A stretch of 63,987 nucleotides of DNA, counting the filler, from Chrysochromulina tobinii (taxonomy: Eukaryota), in the NCBI GenBank assembly GCA_001275005.1. It is 6 parts of 6 records of this genome, joined end to end, with 100 filler letters (N's around TTAATTAATTAA, not from the genome) between each part and the next. Parts side by side here need not be neighbours in the genome. Positions count along the whole stretch, not along the records: positions 40,145 to 56,993 come from JWZX01001391.1; positions 57,094 to 63,987 come from JWZX01001400.1; 4 more parts are not named here. One strand, 5' to 3'. Shown here piece after piece: positions 48,137 to 59,914 of the stretch; the first letter of the stretch is position 1; each line of letters begins with the position of its first letter. The translations under genes and the position numbers were made by a program. The notes under the pieces are model-generated. The model searched no databases. It saw only the letters and a program-made list of their open reading frames with translations, and was not told the origin of the DNA.

Positions 48137-51100
48137 CTACTCGAGTGCGGGGCGCACGCGCAGCTGCACCTCGGTCGACAGCACCTTGTTCGCCTCGCCG
48201 AGCGCCGTTTCGGATGCGACCACCGCGACCGAACCCTTCGAGGCCACGGTGTCGAGCCGCTCGGCGAACTCGACGAAGTCGGCCGCGGTGGTGGCGAGCA
48301 CCTCGTTGCGCCACCGCTGCCGGTCCTCCTCACTGATCTGCTGCACATACCTGATGAGGGAGGCAATCAGTGGTCCTCAGTGGTAGCTCGTCAGTGATAG
48401 CTCATCAATGGAGGTAATCTGAGGCCCTCCGAGGCACTCCGTGGCAATCAGAGGTCATCCGAGGTCATCCGTGGCAATCCATCGCAATCCATCGCAATCC
48501 GTGCGTACCGCAGCATGCTTGTATAGCCTTTCGAGTCGACGGACGAGGGGCTGTCTAGATCCCCGATGGCGCCGATGATGGCCTTCGAGAGCTCTGCCGG
48601 CCCAATCGGCCTCTCGCGCAGGAAGGCGGCCGTGCCATCATAAGCTGCGAGGGTGTCCACGATATTTGGATCCCGGTAAGATGAGTAGAGCGCAAGCCCA
48701 CTCGTGCGTCCGAAGCCGAGCGAGCAGCCATAGGCGCCGCCCTGCACGCGCACGGCGTCCCATAGGTACGCGGTGCGCAGGTAGCGCGTGATGACCGATG
48801 CGGCGCCTCGCACGATCTCGCCGGGCGCGTAGATCGGGCACCCTTTGGCCACGTAGTTGACCTGCGTCCCGATTTGGAGCCCAGTACGCGTGGGCAGCAC
48901 CAAGCCCAAAGGGCGCACCCAGGGCTGCAGCGCGGCGGCATCGGCCTTGGGCGGCAAGCGCGCGATCAGCGAGGTCACGAGCGCCGTCGCGGTTGGCAGC
49001 GAGGCGGCATCGGCGGACAAGTTGATGATCGCACCGTCGCTCGTGAGGAGCGCAGAACGCATGCGCTCCAGGCGCGATCGCAGCGTGGGCCAGTCCGTCT
49101 CTGCGACCGCGAGCGCCTCCTTGATGGTGCTGTATTGGGGCAGGCCGCTCATGAGGTCATCCACGTACCCCTCTAAAGAGTATTGGGCCGCGAGCGTGGA
49201 CGAGGCGTACGAATTGCCCGCCGAGACGGCGCTCGCCTCGAGGCCCACCTGATGAGGGGTGCAATCAATGGTAATCAGTGGTGGACGAGGCGTACGAATT
49301 GCCCGCCGAGACGGCGCTCGCCTCGAGGCCCACCTGCCACGTGGCAGTAGAGGAGGCACTCAAAGGCACTCAGAGGGCACTCAGGGGCACTCCGTGGGCA
49401 TCAGAGGCACACAGAGAGGCCATCAGAAACAGGGGCAAACAGAGAGGCCATCAGAGGCAATGAACAGAACTCAGAGAGGCAATGAGAGGCACTCAGAGAG
49501 GCCATCACGATGAAAGCCCACCTTGGATTCCTTGAGCATCTCCTTGACGCGCTCGGGCTGATTGAGATTCGTCGAGGTGAGCATCTCGGTCGCGAGATCG
49601 AAGAGGTTGCCGCATTTGGAAACGACGGCCTTGCCGCGCAGCATGAGGTACCCCTGAACTTCGTCAGCGGAGCCCACGGCAGCGAGCCCATTGGGTCCGA
49701 GAAGCGGCTTGCGCATGGTCGTGTACGAGACCCTGAGGCCGCCTGTCTGGCTGCCAATACGGCGCGAGAAGGCGGTCTCATCCGACGTGGCCGTGCCGAG
49801 TTCGGAGAGCATTCGCGTCAGCAGCGGCAGTAACGGCAAGTCATCGAGAGAGAGCCGCCGCAGCTCGAGCGCGACGTCGAGGTACACGATGCCGTCGGTG
49901 GGCAGCTCATGCGTCAGCAGCGTCGCGCCCTCGGCCTGCGGCAGTCAGTCGCAGTCAGTCGCAGTCAGTCGCAGTCAGTCGCAGTCAGTCGCAGCCAGTC
50001 GCAGTCAGTCGCAGTCAGTCGCAGTCAGTCGCAATCGTCGCACCATCGGCAATCAGGTGCTCATCAGGTGCTCATCAGGTGCTCATCCATGGCACTCGAT
50101 GACACGCAACGACACTCACAGGTACTCAACGGCACTCAATAACGGCACACACGTAGTCCAATCAAGTGGTCCAGTCAATCTCACCTGCGGCTCAATCTCG
50201 ATCGGGAGCGGCGCCGATCTCGTCTCGAGATCGCTCGTGGTGAGCACCGGTAGCTTCGCCAGCGCCTCCGGAGGGTCGTGTGCCGCTTGCTGGGCCTGAT
50301 GAGAGAGGGAATCCCTGAGGGTCAGTGATGGCCATCAGCAGGTCATCAGCTGTCAGCTGATGAGAGAGGCAATCCCTGAGGGTCAGTAATGGCCATCAGC
50401 AGGTCATCAGCAGGTCATCAGCAGGCAATCAACTGGCCACCCCAAGGTCGCATTCTCACCTTGAGCTCGGAGGTTTCAGCCGCGAGGCGCGCGAGATCGG
50501 TCGCTTCGAACGTCTGGGCGGCCGCCGCGAGTGCCGCCGCCTCCTGCGCCGCGAGCGCTGCGCCAAGCGCCGTGTCGGGCGTCAACGTCAGCGTGAGTCG
50601 CGACGGGTTGTCGAGCAGAAAGGTCTTGAGCAGCTGCTGGAACACGGGAGTGCCCGCCGCGAGATCTGCTTTGAGCTCCGCGAGGGCGGCTTCAAAGTAC
50701 AACGGGGCAATCGGGTCGCGATTGTAATTCCACTCCCCGAGCGTGGCGTAAAGGAAGGACATGCCCTTCATGGGCGACGCGGAGAGAGATCGCAGCCGGA
50801 ATTCGATCGTGTTCATGCTGGCCTCGATGGCGTCCGCTTCGAAGCCGGTGGCCGCGCATTGCTCGAGCGTCTCCAGGATGAGGTGCGTCACCTTCTCCTT
50901 GGCGTCGTCGCCCAACACGACGCCCTTGAGCCCCACCTGCCACGTGGCAGAGGGTCATCAGCGGCCAATTGGGGCAATCAGCGGTCATCAGGGGCAATCA
51001 GAGGAACTCAGTGCACCTGCCACGTGGCCTGCTGCAGCCCGCTCGAGTAACCGCCGCCCGTGATCGACGCGCCCAGGCCCGACGCCATGAGCGGCCGCTC

Positions 51101-52303
51101 GAGCGCCGAGGCCGACGTGCCAAACAGCAGGTGGTTGAGCACGGAGAGCCCCAGCTTCGTCTTGGGCGCCAGAGGCTCTGTGTTGAGCAGCCACGCGAGC
51201 GTCACGAACTGCGTGGGCGCGACTGGGCTGTTCGGGTCGAGAGGGTACGCCTCGCTCGCCTCGTACGGCGCCGTCGCGAGAGCCTGCACCGGGATCACCT
51301 CGGCAGCACCGTCGAGCGGCGTAAAGTCGCGCAGGTACGCCTGGAGCATGAACAGCCGATAGCGCCGTGGTGAGCACTTGCATGCAAGGCAGGTCATCAG
51401 CGGCAATCATCGTACCTGGAGCATGAAGAGGCGCTCGCTTATTGGCAGCTCGTCGGGGCGCCCGTACAGAAAGAGGCGAGCGTTGGCCGGGTGGTAGTAC
51501 GTCTTGTGGAAGGCCTCGAAGGCCTCATACGTGAGCGCTGGGATCGCGCGAGGGTCGCCGCCCGAGTCGATCGAGTAGATCGGGTGTCCGCGGAACAGGT
51601 GCCGCTGGATGGCGCGATAGTGGCGCGAGTCCGCAGAGGAGTAGACACCCTTCATCTCGTTGAAGACGACGCCCTTGTACGAGAGCGGCTGCGCCTTCTG
51701 CGGGTCCGTCACCTCGTAGTGCCACCCCTCCTGCTTCAGGATCTGCGGCCCGCGCACTGGATCGCGGATGAGAGGATGAAAGCACGCGTCGAGGTACACG
51801 TCGACGAGGTTGCGGAAGTCCTGCGTGTTCATGCTCGCGACCGGGTACATGGTCTTGTCGGGCGCGGTCATGGCGTTCAGGAACGTCTTGAGCGACCCCT
51901 TGAGCAGCTCGACGAACGGCTCCTTGAGCGGGTACTTGCGAGAGCCGCAGAGCACGCTGTGCTCGAGGATGTGCGGCACGCCCGTGTCGTCCTTGGGCAG
52001 CGTGCGGAAGTTGCACGAGAAGACCTTGTTCTCGTCGTCCGCGTCGATGGACAGGACCTCCGCGCCGGTCGACTTGTGACGGTAGAGCGATGCCGTCAGT
52101 GCGCGCTCCGACACGTGCTCGGTCGTCAGCAGGTCGAAGTCGTGCGTCCAGTCATAGGTTGAGGCGTCGGGCGCACGAACAGCGGTCTGGGTGCTCATAG
52201 TAGCCAGGCCGCCGCGCAGCGCCGAGCCCATTGCCATCGGTGAGCGCACCGCGCGCATGGCGGCCGCGCCAGGCAGGAGGGCCATTAGCGACCGGAAATG
52301 CAT
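48137..52303 (-). CDS. PREP: Presequence protease (peptidase M16C); introns 51341-51415, 50937-51016, 50296-50459, 49936-50184, 49249-49521, 48351-48508
   Basis: Transit-peptide-like N-terminus; TGVPHILEHSVLCGSRKYPLKEPF (HxxEH); FLNAMT; KGVVFNEMKG; YYHPANAR; LWDAVRVQGGAYG; SSYRDPN. Confidence 0.95.
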
Positions 52304-52516
52304 CCTTCTCGGAAGCGTCCTGCGGCGTAGGCGCGTTACAAAAGTTTCCGGTTGCGCGAAACGCTCCACACACTCTGAGGCGGAAGGTGTCGGGTGCCAT
52401 GACACACCTTTTTATGAGCAACCAAAAATCTCACCTTCCTGCCAAATTAGGGACGACGGTTCGATGGGTCGCTCCCTGCCAAGTCCATCCACACATCGTT
52501 TGTGACTTTGTGACTG

Positions 52517-54875
52517 ATGGCGCTGTGGAGCTCGAAGTGGCGAAGTGGAGCTCCTCCATCAGCGCCACCGACGTCGCCCCGTCTCCTGGGTACACGTTTC
52601 TCTCCAATTGCGTGGGAGCTTGGCCTGCAAGAGGTGGCGGACGCGTCCACTTGGGAATGGCAGACGGCCTCGGCTGTGGCCGCTTCCCTCATCGTGCTAT
52701 GCACGTGCTTGCTATTGGCTGCCTGGGCGGCGATGCAGTGCCTCGCTCGTCTCCTCAGCCGGGTTGCCAAGGCTGCTGACGATGACGCCGCCGCAGCCGA
52801 GGCAGTTCTATTACCGCCGAGCCACCCGCGCAGCCAAGAGGACAGCGGTAGTGATATTGAATGCCACTCGATGCCTGTGGGGATTTGCGAGGCGAGCAAT
52901 GGCAAGTTGCCAACGAGCGGCGCGCTCACGACAGCGTCCATCGATGCGCGACCAGTCCCTCTGCTGCCACGCAACATACAGCTGCCAGCTCCCCACTGCG
53001 CAACTCCCCACTGCACAACAAGCGGGCCAACGCCCTTGGCCAGCGTGCCGGCGGCGCCAAGCTTGCCTGCCACGCCAGCAGCTGCGCGGCGCTCGGGCGA
53101 GCCAACAAGGTCCCCGCCCTCACGCAAGTACCTCGAAGCGTATTGCCGCGCGCAGTCGCTCACCCGTCCGCCGCTAGAGGCCGCCGCCTCTCACAACGGC
53201 GCTCACAACGGCGCCTCGAACCACGGCGCTCACAACAGCGCCTCTCACAACGGCGCTGGCGCCGGCTCCGTCGGAGATCCTTTCGGAGCTCCCGTGTTTC
53301 GTCAAGATCCTTTCGGAGCTCCCGCGTTCGCGCCTTCGGGTTCCAATCGCGAGCCCGTGTTCGCGCCGTCCCGAGCAATCGGCTTGCCGCTGGTCCCGCC
53401 GCTTCTGCCGCGCCGCCTTCTGCCGGCGCCGCCACCCGAGGCGCCGCCCGAGGCCGCAGCTCCCTACGGCGCCTCGCCTCAGAGCGGTCTGAGCGAGCTG
53501 CCCGAGCTCAGCAGGGAGCTCAGCGGGGCGTCGCCCGTTTCGCCTCGGCCGTACTCGCCCGGTGGCACTGCGACCGCAGGATACTCGCCGCCGACCTTTT
53601 TAGGGCGAACAGTGGGCATGCACGAGGGGCAAGACGCCGTCGCGGGCGCCTTCTTGCCGCAGATCGAGTTCGAGTTGAGTCGGCTCGCGAGGGAGGCGGC
53701 GGAGAGGGCTGCGCCGGCGGTCCGGGTGGCGAAGGAGGAGATCGCGAAGCATTTTGAGGACATCGAGGAGGCAGCAGCAGCGGAGGCGATGGCGAAGGAG
53801 GCAGTGGCGGAGGCAGTGGCAGAGGCGGCCGCGGAGGCGGCCGCGGAGATGGCCGCGGAGATGGCCGCGGAGATGGCCGAAGTGGCCGTGACTCAAGCAG
53901 TCTCACGGGCTGCAGCGGCGAAAGCGGCAGCGGCCGAGGTAGCAGCGGCTGAGAAGGCAGCGGCCGAGGCGGCAGCACACGCGGAGATGGAGAAGGCGGC
54001 TGCGGCGGCGGCGAATCGGGCAGCAGAGAAGGCGGCGCCGGCGCAGGCGCAGAGGGTAGCGGCAGAGAAGGCGGCGGCGGAGCGGCGTGCCAAAGCCCGA
54101 AGTGCCTCCGCCGCTGATGAGCAAACATCTCGTCTTCCCACAGCCCGCGGAAGCAGAAGTGCTCACACAGCCCGATGTGCCTCCGCTGCCAAGGCTCGCG
54201 AGAAAGCCACCGCGCAACCGGTGGCAGTGGCCGTCTCTTCGCCCGTTCGTCGCGCCGCAGCGCAGCAGGTGCTCTTGGCGGTACGCAAGCGCTCACTCGC
54301 GGCGTTCGACGAAATCGACCTCGCCACGCTGGATTTGGCCATCGAGCAGTTGCAGCTCGATCTCGCGACGATCTCGCAGCCGCAGCTCGATCTCGCGACG
54401 ATCTCGCAGCCGCAGCTCGATCTCGCGACGATCTCGCAGCCGCAGCTCGATCTCGCGACGATCTCCTGGTCGGAGAAGTCGAGCCCAAGTCGAGCCCAGC
54501 ACGGCGCCTGCGCCTGTGCGCCCAGCACGGCGCCGGGCTCGAAGGAATCCTCGAGTGCGAAGCTTTCTACGGTGGGGTCCGATTGGAAGTGCTGACGAGC
54601 CTTGATGGGTCCTACTTTTGGCCTGAGTGCCCTTGATTGCCTCCCTCCTCAGGTGAGAGGTCAGCTGAAGGCTCTGAGTGCCCTTGATTGCCCCCCTCCT
54701 CAGGTGAGAGGCCAGCTGGAAGGCTCTGAGTGCCCTTGATTGCCCCCCTCCTCAGGTGAGAGGCCAGCTGGAAGCTCTGGCGCACCATCGCGAGCAGCTG
54801 GTGCAGATTGAGGAGCGTCAACGGCAACTGTTGAAGGGTCCTCCCAGCTTGAGCAGCGCCAAGACCTCATTGTGA
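52517..54875 (+). CDS. Single-pass membrane protein with Pro/Ala/Glu-rich tail; probable last intron 54572-54755 and terminal exon 54756-54875
   Basis: [27 protein letters not shown] coiled coil; [10 protein letters not shown] x4. Splicing through the stacked acceptors gives [26 protein letters not shown]...stop. Confidence 0.6.
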
Positions 54876-55146
54876 AGTCCTCCCTGTGAAGTTCCTACCC
54901 CGGGCGACACTGTGGAGGGCGGGACGGCGCAGCCGGCGGGCAACGACACAATCCACGCTGTGTCTCCACGGGACCTGTGGTGGTGCGTTGCCGAGAGGGT
55001 TTAACGTGAACGTGACGTGACTAGGTACGAATCTTAGTCGCAGGCCTCGCAGAGTTGCGGGTTTGTTGGGTTTCGGGGAGATCTGATTCCCCGAAAGTTT
55101 TGGGTTTCGGCTTCTACTTGGAGGGGGGGTGCGCGAAAAATATGCG

Positions 55147-56993
55147 ATGCCCCTACATGTTGGTCTTCACAGCAGTCATGACGTTGGGCATTCACGAACG
55201 CACAGATCATTCGTTTTACGCCGCCGAGCAAGCCACCCTCGCCGCCCCCGCCTGCGGGCCCGCCCGACAAGGACTCTGTGCTTGAATGAGTGCTCCTTCG
55301 CCTCCGACGGCCAATGCCACGATGGAGGCCCCGGCGCCGAGTTCGCCAACTGTGCCTTTGGCAATGATTGCACCGACTGCGGCCCTCGGATTGCACCAGC
55401 CTGCGACGCCGGCACCGGCTGCGGCATGTGCCTGATGATTGAGACCAGCTGCCCGGCCACACAGGCCCAGGTCCAGCTTCTGCCGGTCTGTTCCAACCCG
55501 AACGTCGCTCGCGTTTGCCAAAACACGTGCTCTGGCAGTGGATATGCCTTCGACGGCGTTTGCGACGACGGTGGCCCCGGGGCGGAGTTCAGCTTCTGCC
55601 TAAGCGGCACCGACTGCTGGGACTGCGGCCCTCGCCTCACCGTCGAGTTGCAGCCAAACCAGCGGTGCCGTGGCAGCGGCATTTGCGGCACTCTCTTGGG
55701 CCTCAACAACTGCGGCATCGAGGACATCTACCGCATGGCCTACCGAATGATTCCCTCCCCGCCGCCCTCGCCGCCCGCGCGGCCACCGCCGCCGCCGCCG
55801 CCCTTGCCGCCGCCGCCGTATGGCTGCACGACCTCGTCTGCAGTCAACTACCGCCCCTTTGCCGTCGTCGACGACGGCTCGTGCATCATCGGCGGGTGCA
55901 GGGACTCGCGCTTCCCCCAGTACAACCCGTTGGCCACATACGACAACGGCAGCTGCCCGCCGCCCATCCCCGGCTGCATGAACACGGCCGCGGCCAACTA
56001 CCAGGCGACGGCCACCTACCAGCCGATCAATGCGTGCATCTTTGCCTACCCGGGTTGCATGAGCTCGACCGCCTTCAACTATAACCCGACCGCGAACGTC
56101 AACTCGGGCTGCGTGCCCCGCATCCCGGGCTGCATCGACTCGAGGGCGAGCAACTACCAACCCGGCTTCAACACCCCCGGTCCTCCCGCCTGCGTCTTCC
56201 TCGGCTGCATCAACTCGAAGGACGCTCGGTACTCTCCGATCGCCACCATTAACGACGGCTCGTGCCCGAACGCCCCAGGCTGCACCGACTCGACTGCGGC
56301 CAACTACAACGCGGTCTACAACGTGCAGCTGGCTGGCTCGTGCACGTACGGCGGCTGCAGGACTGTGGGCAATCCCAACTACAATGCTCGGAACACCTTC
56401 GCCATCCCGGGCTCGTGCGCGGGCGCGGGCCGCCGCCTCGAGGAGGACGCTCCGGGTCGCCGGCTGCAGGGTCCGGGCTGCTTGGACCCGACCGCGGCCA
56501 CGTATTCGGCCTCGGCCACGTCGCACGTTCAGTCAATGTGCGCGTATGTCATCCTTGGGTGCATTTACATCGACGCGTTCAACTACATGCCGGCGGCCAC
56601 GGCGGGCAACCCCCAGGCCTCGTCGGCGTGCATCGCCCGTGTCACCGGCTGCATGTCGCCCACGGCACTCAACTACAACAGCAACGCCAACACTGGTGGG
56701 ACGTGCACGTACGCCGTCAACGGCTGCGCGGACTCGACCGCGACCACCTTCATGGCCGCTGCAACTGTGCACGTCCAGTCGTTGTGCGCGTACAGCATTC
56801 TCGGCTGCACCACACCTGGCGCCAGAAACTTCAACCCGTCGGCCACCGTCAACGTTCCTTCGTTGTGCGCATACGACGTGTCTGGCTGCCCCGATCCGAC
56901 CGCGTCCAACTATGTGGCCGGCGCCAACGTCGCCACTGCGTGCACGTACTCGGTGGCCGTGCCCGGTTGCATGAGCCCGGTGGCCGTCAACTA
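55147..56993 (+). CDS. Cys-rich repeat protein, probably secreted or cell-surface (3'-truncated; start uncertain)
   Basis: Two C..DG.C.DGGPG..C..G.DC.DCGPR modules, a poly-Pro linker, many GC.D..A.NY(N) repeats, and internal RRLEE/RRLQ motifs. Confidence 0.75.
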
Positions 56994-57093
56994 NNNNNNN
57001 NNNNNNNNNNNNNNNNNNNNNNNNNNNNNNNNNNNNNTTAATTAATTAANNNNNNNNNNNNNNNNNNNNNNNNNNNNNNNNNNNNNNNNNNNN
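56994..57093. other. Artificial contig-joining spacer
   Basis: N/TTAATTAATTAA/N, 100 nt. Confidence 0.97.
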
Positions 57094-59914
57094 GCAACTG
57101 AAGAAGCTGAAAGCAGAACACGCGCTCGCCTCACTCAACGGTGGCGGCACGCACGTCTTGCTCGACGGTGGTGACGTGCATGTCAAATATGCCTCGATCA
57201 GCAGCTTGCTTGGCGACTCGCCCCGCTCGCTCAGCGAATCTCTCGACGAATCGCTCATCGGCGTCAGTCACACGCTCGCCTCCCTCGATAACTGTCGCAC
57301 ACTCGCCTCGCTCGACGAAGGTTGTTCATTCATCTCACTCGACGACGGTCGCATGCTCAATAGCCCACACAACGGCTTGGCGCTCGACGGCCAAAGCCTA
57401 GCTGATAGCCTCGACAGCTTGCCGCTCATCTCAGCACTTAACAGCAATGATACACTCGTCGATAGCTTGATTGGCCGCTCAGTGCTCGGCTCGGAAGACA
57501 GCCTCGGCACCTCAGCGCTTGCGGCGCTTGATGACCTCAACGGCTCAGCTCTCGCCTTGGTGCCCAAGCATCTCAGCAGCTCCGGCTCAGCGCTCGAAGG
57601 CCTCTGTAGCTCGCCGCCCAGCTCAGCGCCTTTTGGCCTCGACAGCTCGCTGCCCAGCTCAACTTTTGATAGCCTTGGCAACTCGCAGCCTGGCTTGATG
57701 CTTGGCTCTGTGCTCGGCGGCTTGGCGCTCGGCCCCACGCTTCATGGCCTCAGCGACTCTGCGCTCAGCTCCGCCAGCTCGCTGCCCAGCTCAACTTTCA
57801 ATAGCCTTGGCAACTCGCAGCTTGGCTCAATGCTTGGCTCTGCGCTCGGCGGCTCAGCGCTCAGCCCCACGCTTAATGGCCTCATCGGCTCTGCGCTCAG
57901 CTCCGCGCCCGATAGCTCAGCACTCGGCTCAGCGCTTGCTGGCTCTGCGCTCGGCGGCTCGGCGCTCAGCCCCACGCTTAATGGCCTCAGCGGCTCTGCG
58001 CTCTGCTCCGCGCCTGATAGCTCAGCTCTCGGCTCGGTACATGCTGGCTCAAAGCTCAGCTTGGTGCTCAATGACGTCGGCACCTCGGCACTCGGCTTTG
58101 GCTTCCTTTGCACAGACTCACTGCAGCCACTCTCTTCTGTGTCAGCCACGCCGCCGGAGAGGACGCCTGCCTCACAGGACATGGCAGATTTCGAAAGACG
58201 ATCGCCTGCCTCATGTGGGGGGGAAAGGCCACTGCTTCAATGCGACATCAACAGCGCCGGCTACATCCCAATTGGCGATGGCAACCACAACAGCAGCACA
58301 CTTGATGGCCACGAGCAGCTCATACCCAGCAGCCCGGTCGATTGCAGCATGCTCAGCACAGACAGTGCGCTTCACGAAAGCCAGTTGCTCGTCTACCGCG
58401 GCGCGATCAATACTTCAACTCTCAGCCGTGCTGCCTCACCCAGTCCTGCTCTGCTAGCAAGCAACTGTCTGGACGTGTCTACAGGTGCTGTTGTGCCTCA
58501 GTCAGATGAGCAGCGACAGACCCTCAGATTCAGATGCAAACCTCAGCAGGCGAGAAAGAGTGGCAATCGAGCAAATCAGCAGTGGATGAAGACCTCAGTT
58601 ACACTGCCCCCTACCTTGCCATTCCCGCCTCGACTTGGCCACAGCACATCAGAATATGTGCATGCTGAGCGTGCATTTGTCATGCTCCAAGCAGGACGCA
58701 AGACGATTGATATGCTGCGCAAACGAAAGCCAACAGCTCATCAATGCTACGTCGCACGCGCCATCCTTCGAGCTCGAGACGCCCGATGGGCGCTCCTACC
58801 AAGTGCTTCTGCGCAGCAAATTGCACGTGTCGAAGTGCTCGAGCATGAGGCACGTGAGATGTACGCCAGGCTCAGCAAACATGGTGTGCTCGAGCAACCG
58901 ACCGCGGGAAGTGCATACATCTCTACGCTTGAGGCAGAGGCTTCTCGAGCTCTGCTCGAGGCTCGAGGATCAACCAAGATGCCTCCTGCAGTCCCTCAGT
59001 CAACAATCACTCAATCCACAGATGCTGATGTTTCATCAACAGATCTCGCTGCCTGTGCAGTTGAGTGGCTGCGCGCAAACGTTATCCTTGCAGAACTACT
59101 ACCGCCACAGTTCCGAACTTTTCAAGGCGATGAACTCGTGCAATGGGTCACCATCGACTTCTACAGAGTGAGGACACGGCCACGATTCCGGCCAACTGCC
59201 CATACTCTGCCAGAAGACTTAGTTGCTTTGCTACGGCTGCCATCGCTGATCCCTGAACAAGCGTCAACGATCCAAGCTGAGTGCATCGCACCATGCCTCA
59301 AGTACACCCAGCCAGTCAGTGGCATGCCTGCAAATGGCACGCCAGAATTTGCTATCGAGTGTGCAAAGATGAAAGCCGTCGAAGACGCGCAACGTGCTGC
59401 ATTATCTGCTGCAAAGTTAAAAGCCTCTCAGCTACACCAGACGGCGCTATTGGAAACTGCTCAACGGCGCAACGATGTTGCAGCGGCCTCCGAAAACATC
59501 GCCACAGGTGTCATTACGCTGTCTGCAAAGCCTTCTCACGATCTGAGACTTATCGCTGCCAATGGTGCATACGTTGATCTCGAGAAACTCGACCTGACAC
59601 AGGATCTTTTTCTCGTCCTTTGTGCCATATCGGGCACCGGCATCGATCTTGAACTTGGTTTCATTCATAAGCTGCGTTCCATGGGTGTCTCATTCGACGC
59701 ACGTGCGCATCATGCACGTCAAGTCGCAAGACATCTTCACGTAAGCATTCCAACTCCTATCGAGTTATGCAAAATGCGTGCGGACGAGCTTATCGCTGCT
59801 GCACGCGAAGCACGTGTGCAGACGCGCGGTCGTAGACAGCCCACAGGACGCCCTAACATTGGTTCCAAGGCTGCACGTAATGCCATGCGTCATCGTGCTG
59901 CAACACCACGTTGA
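57094..59914 (+). CDS. Hypothetical ORF inside the repeat (Ser/Gly/Leu-repeat N-terminus, unique C-terminus)
   Basis: 918-codon open frame with no recognisable motif; the frame continues past the stop with scattered further stops. Confidence 0.4.
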
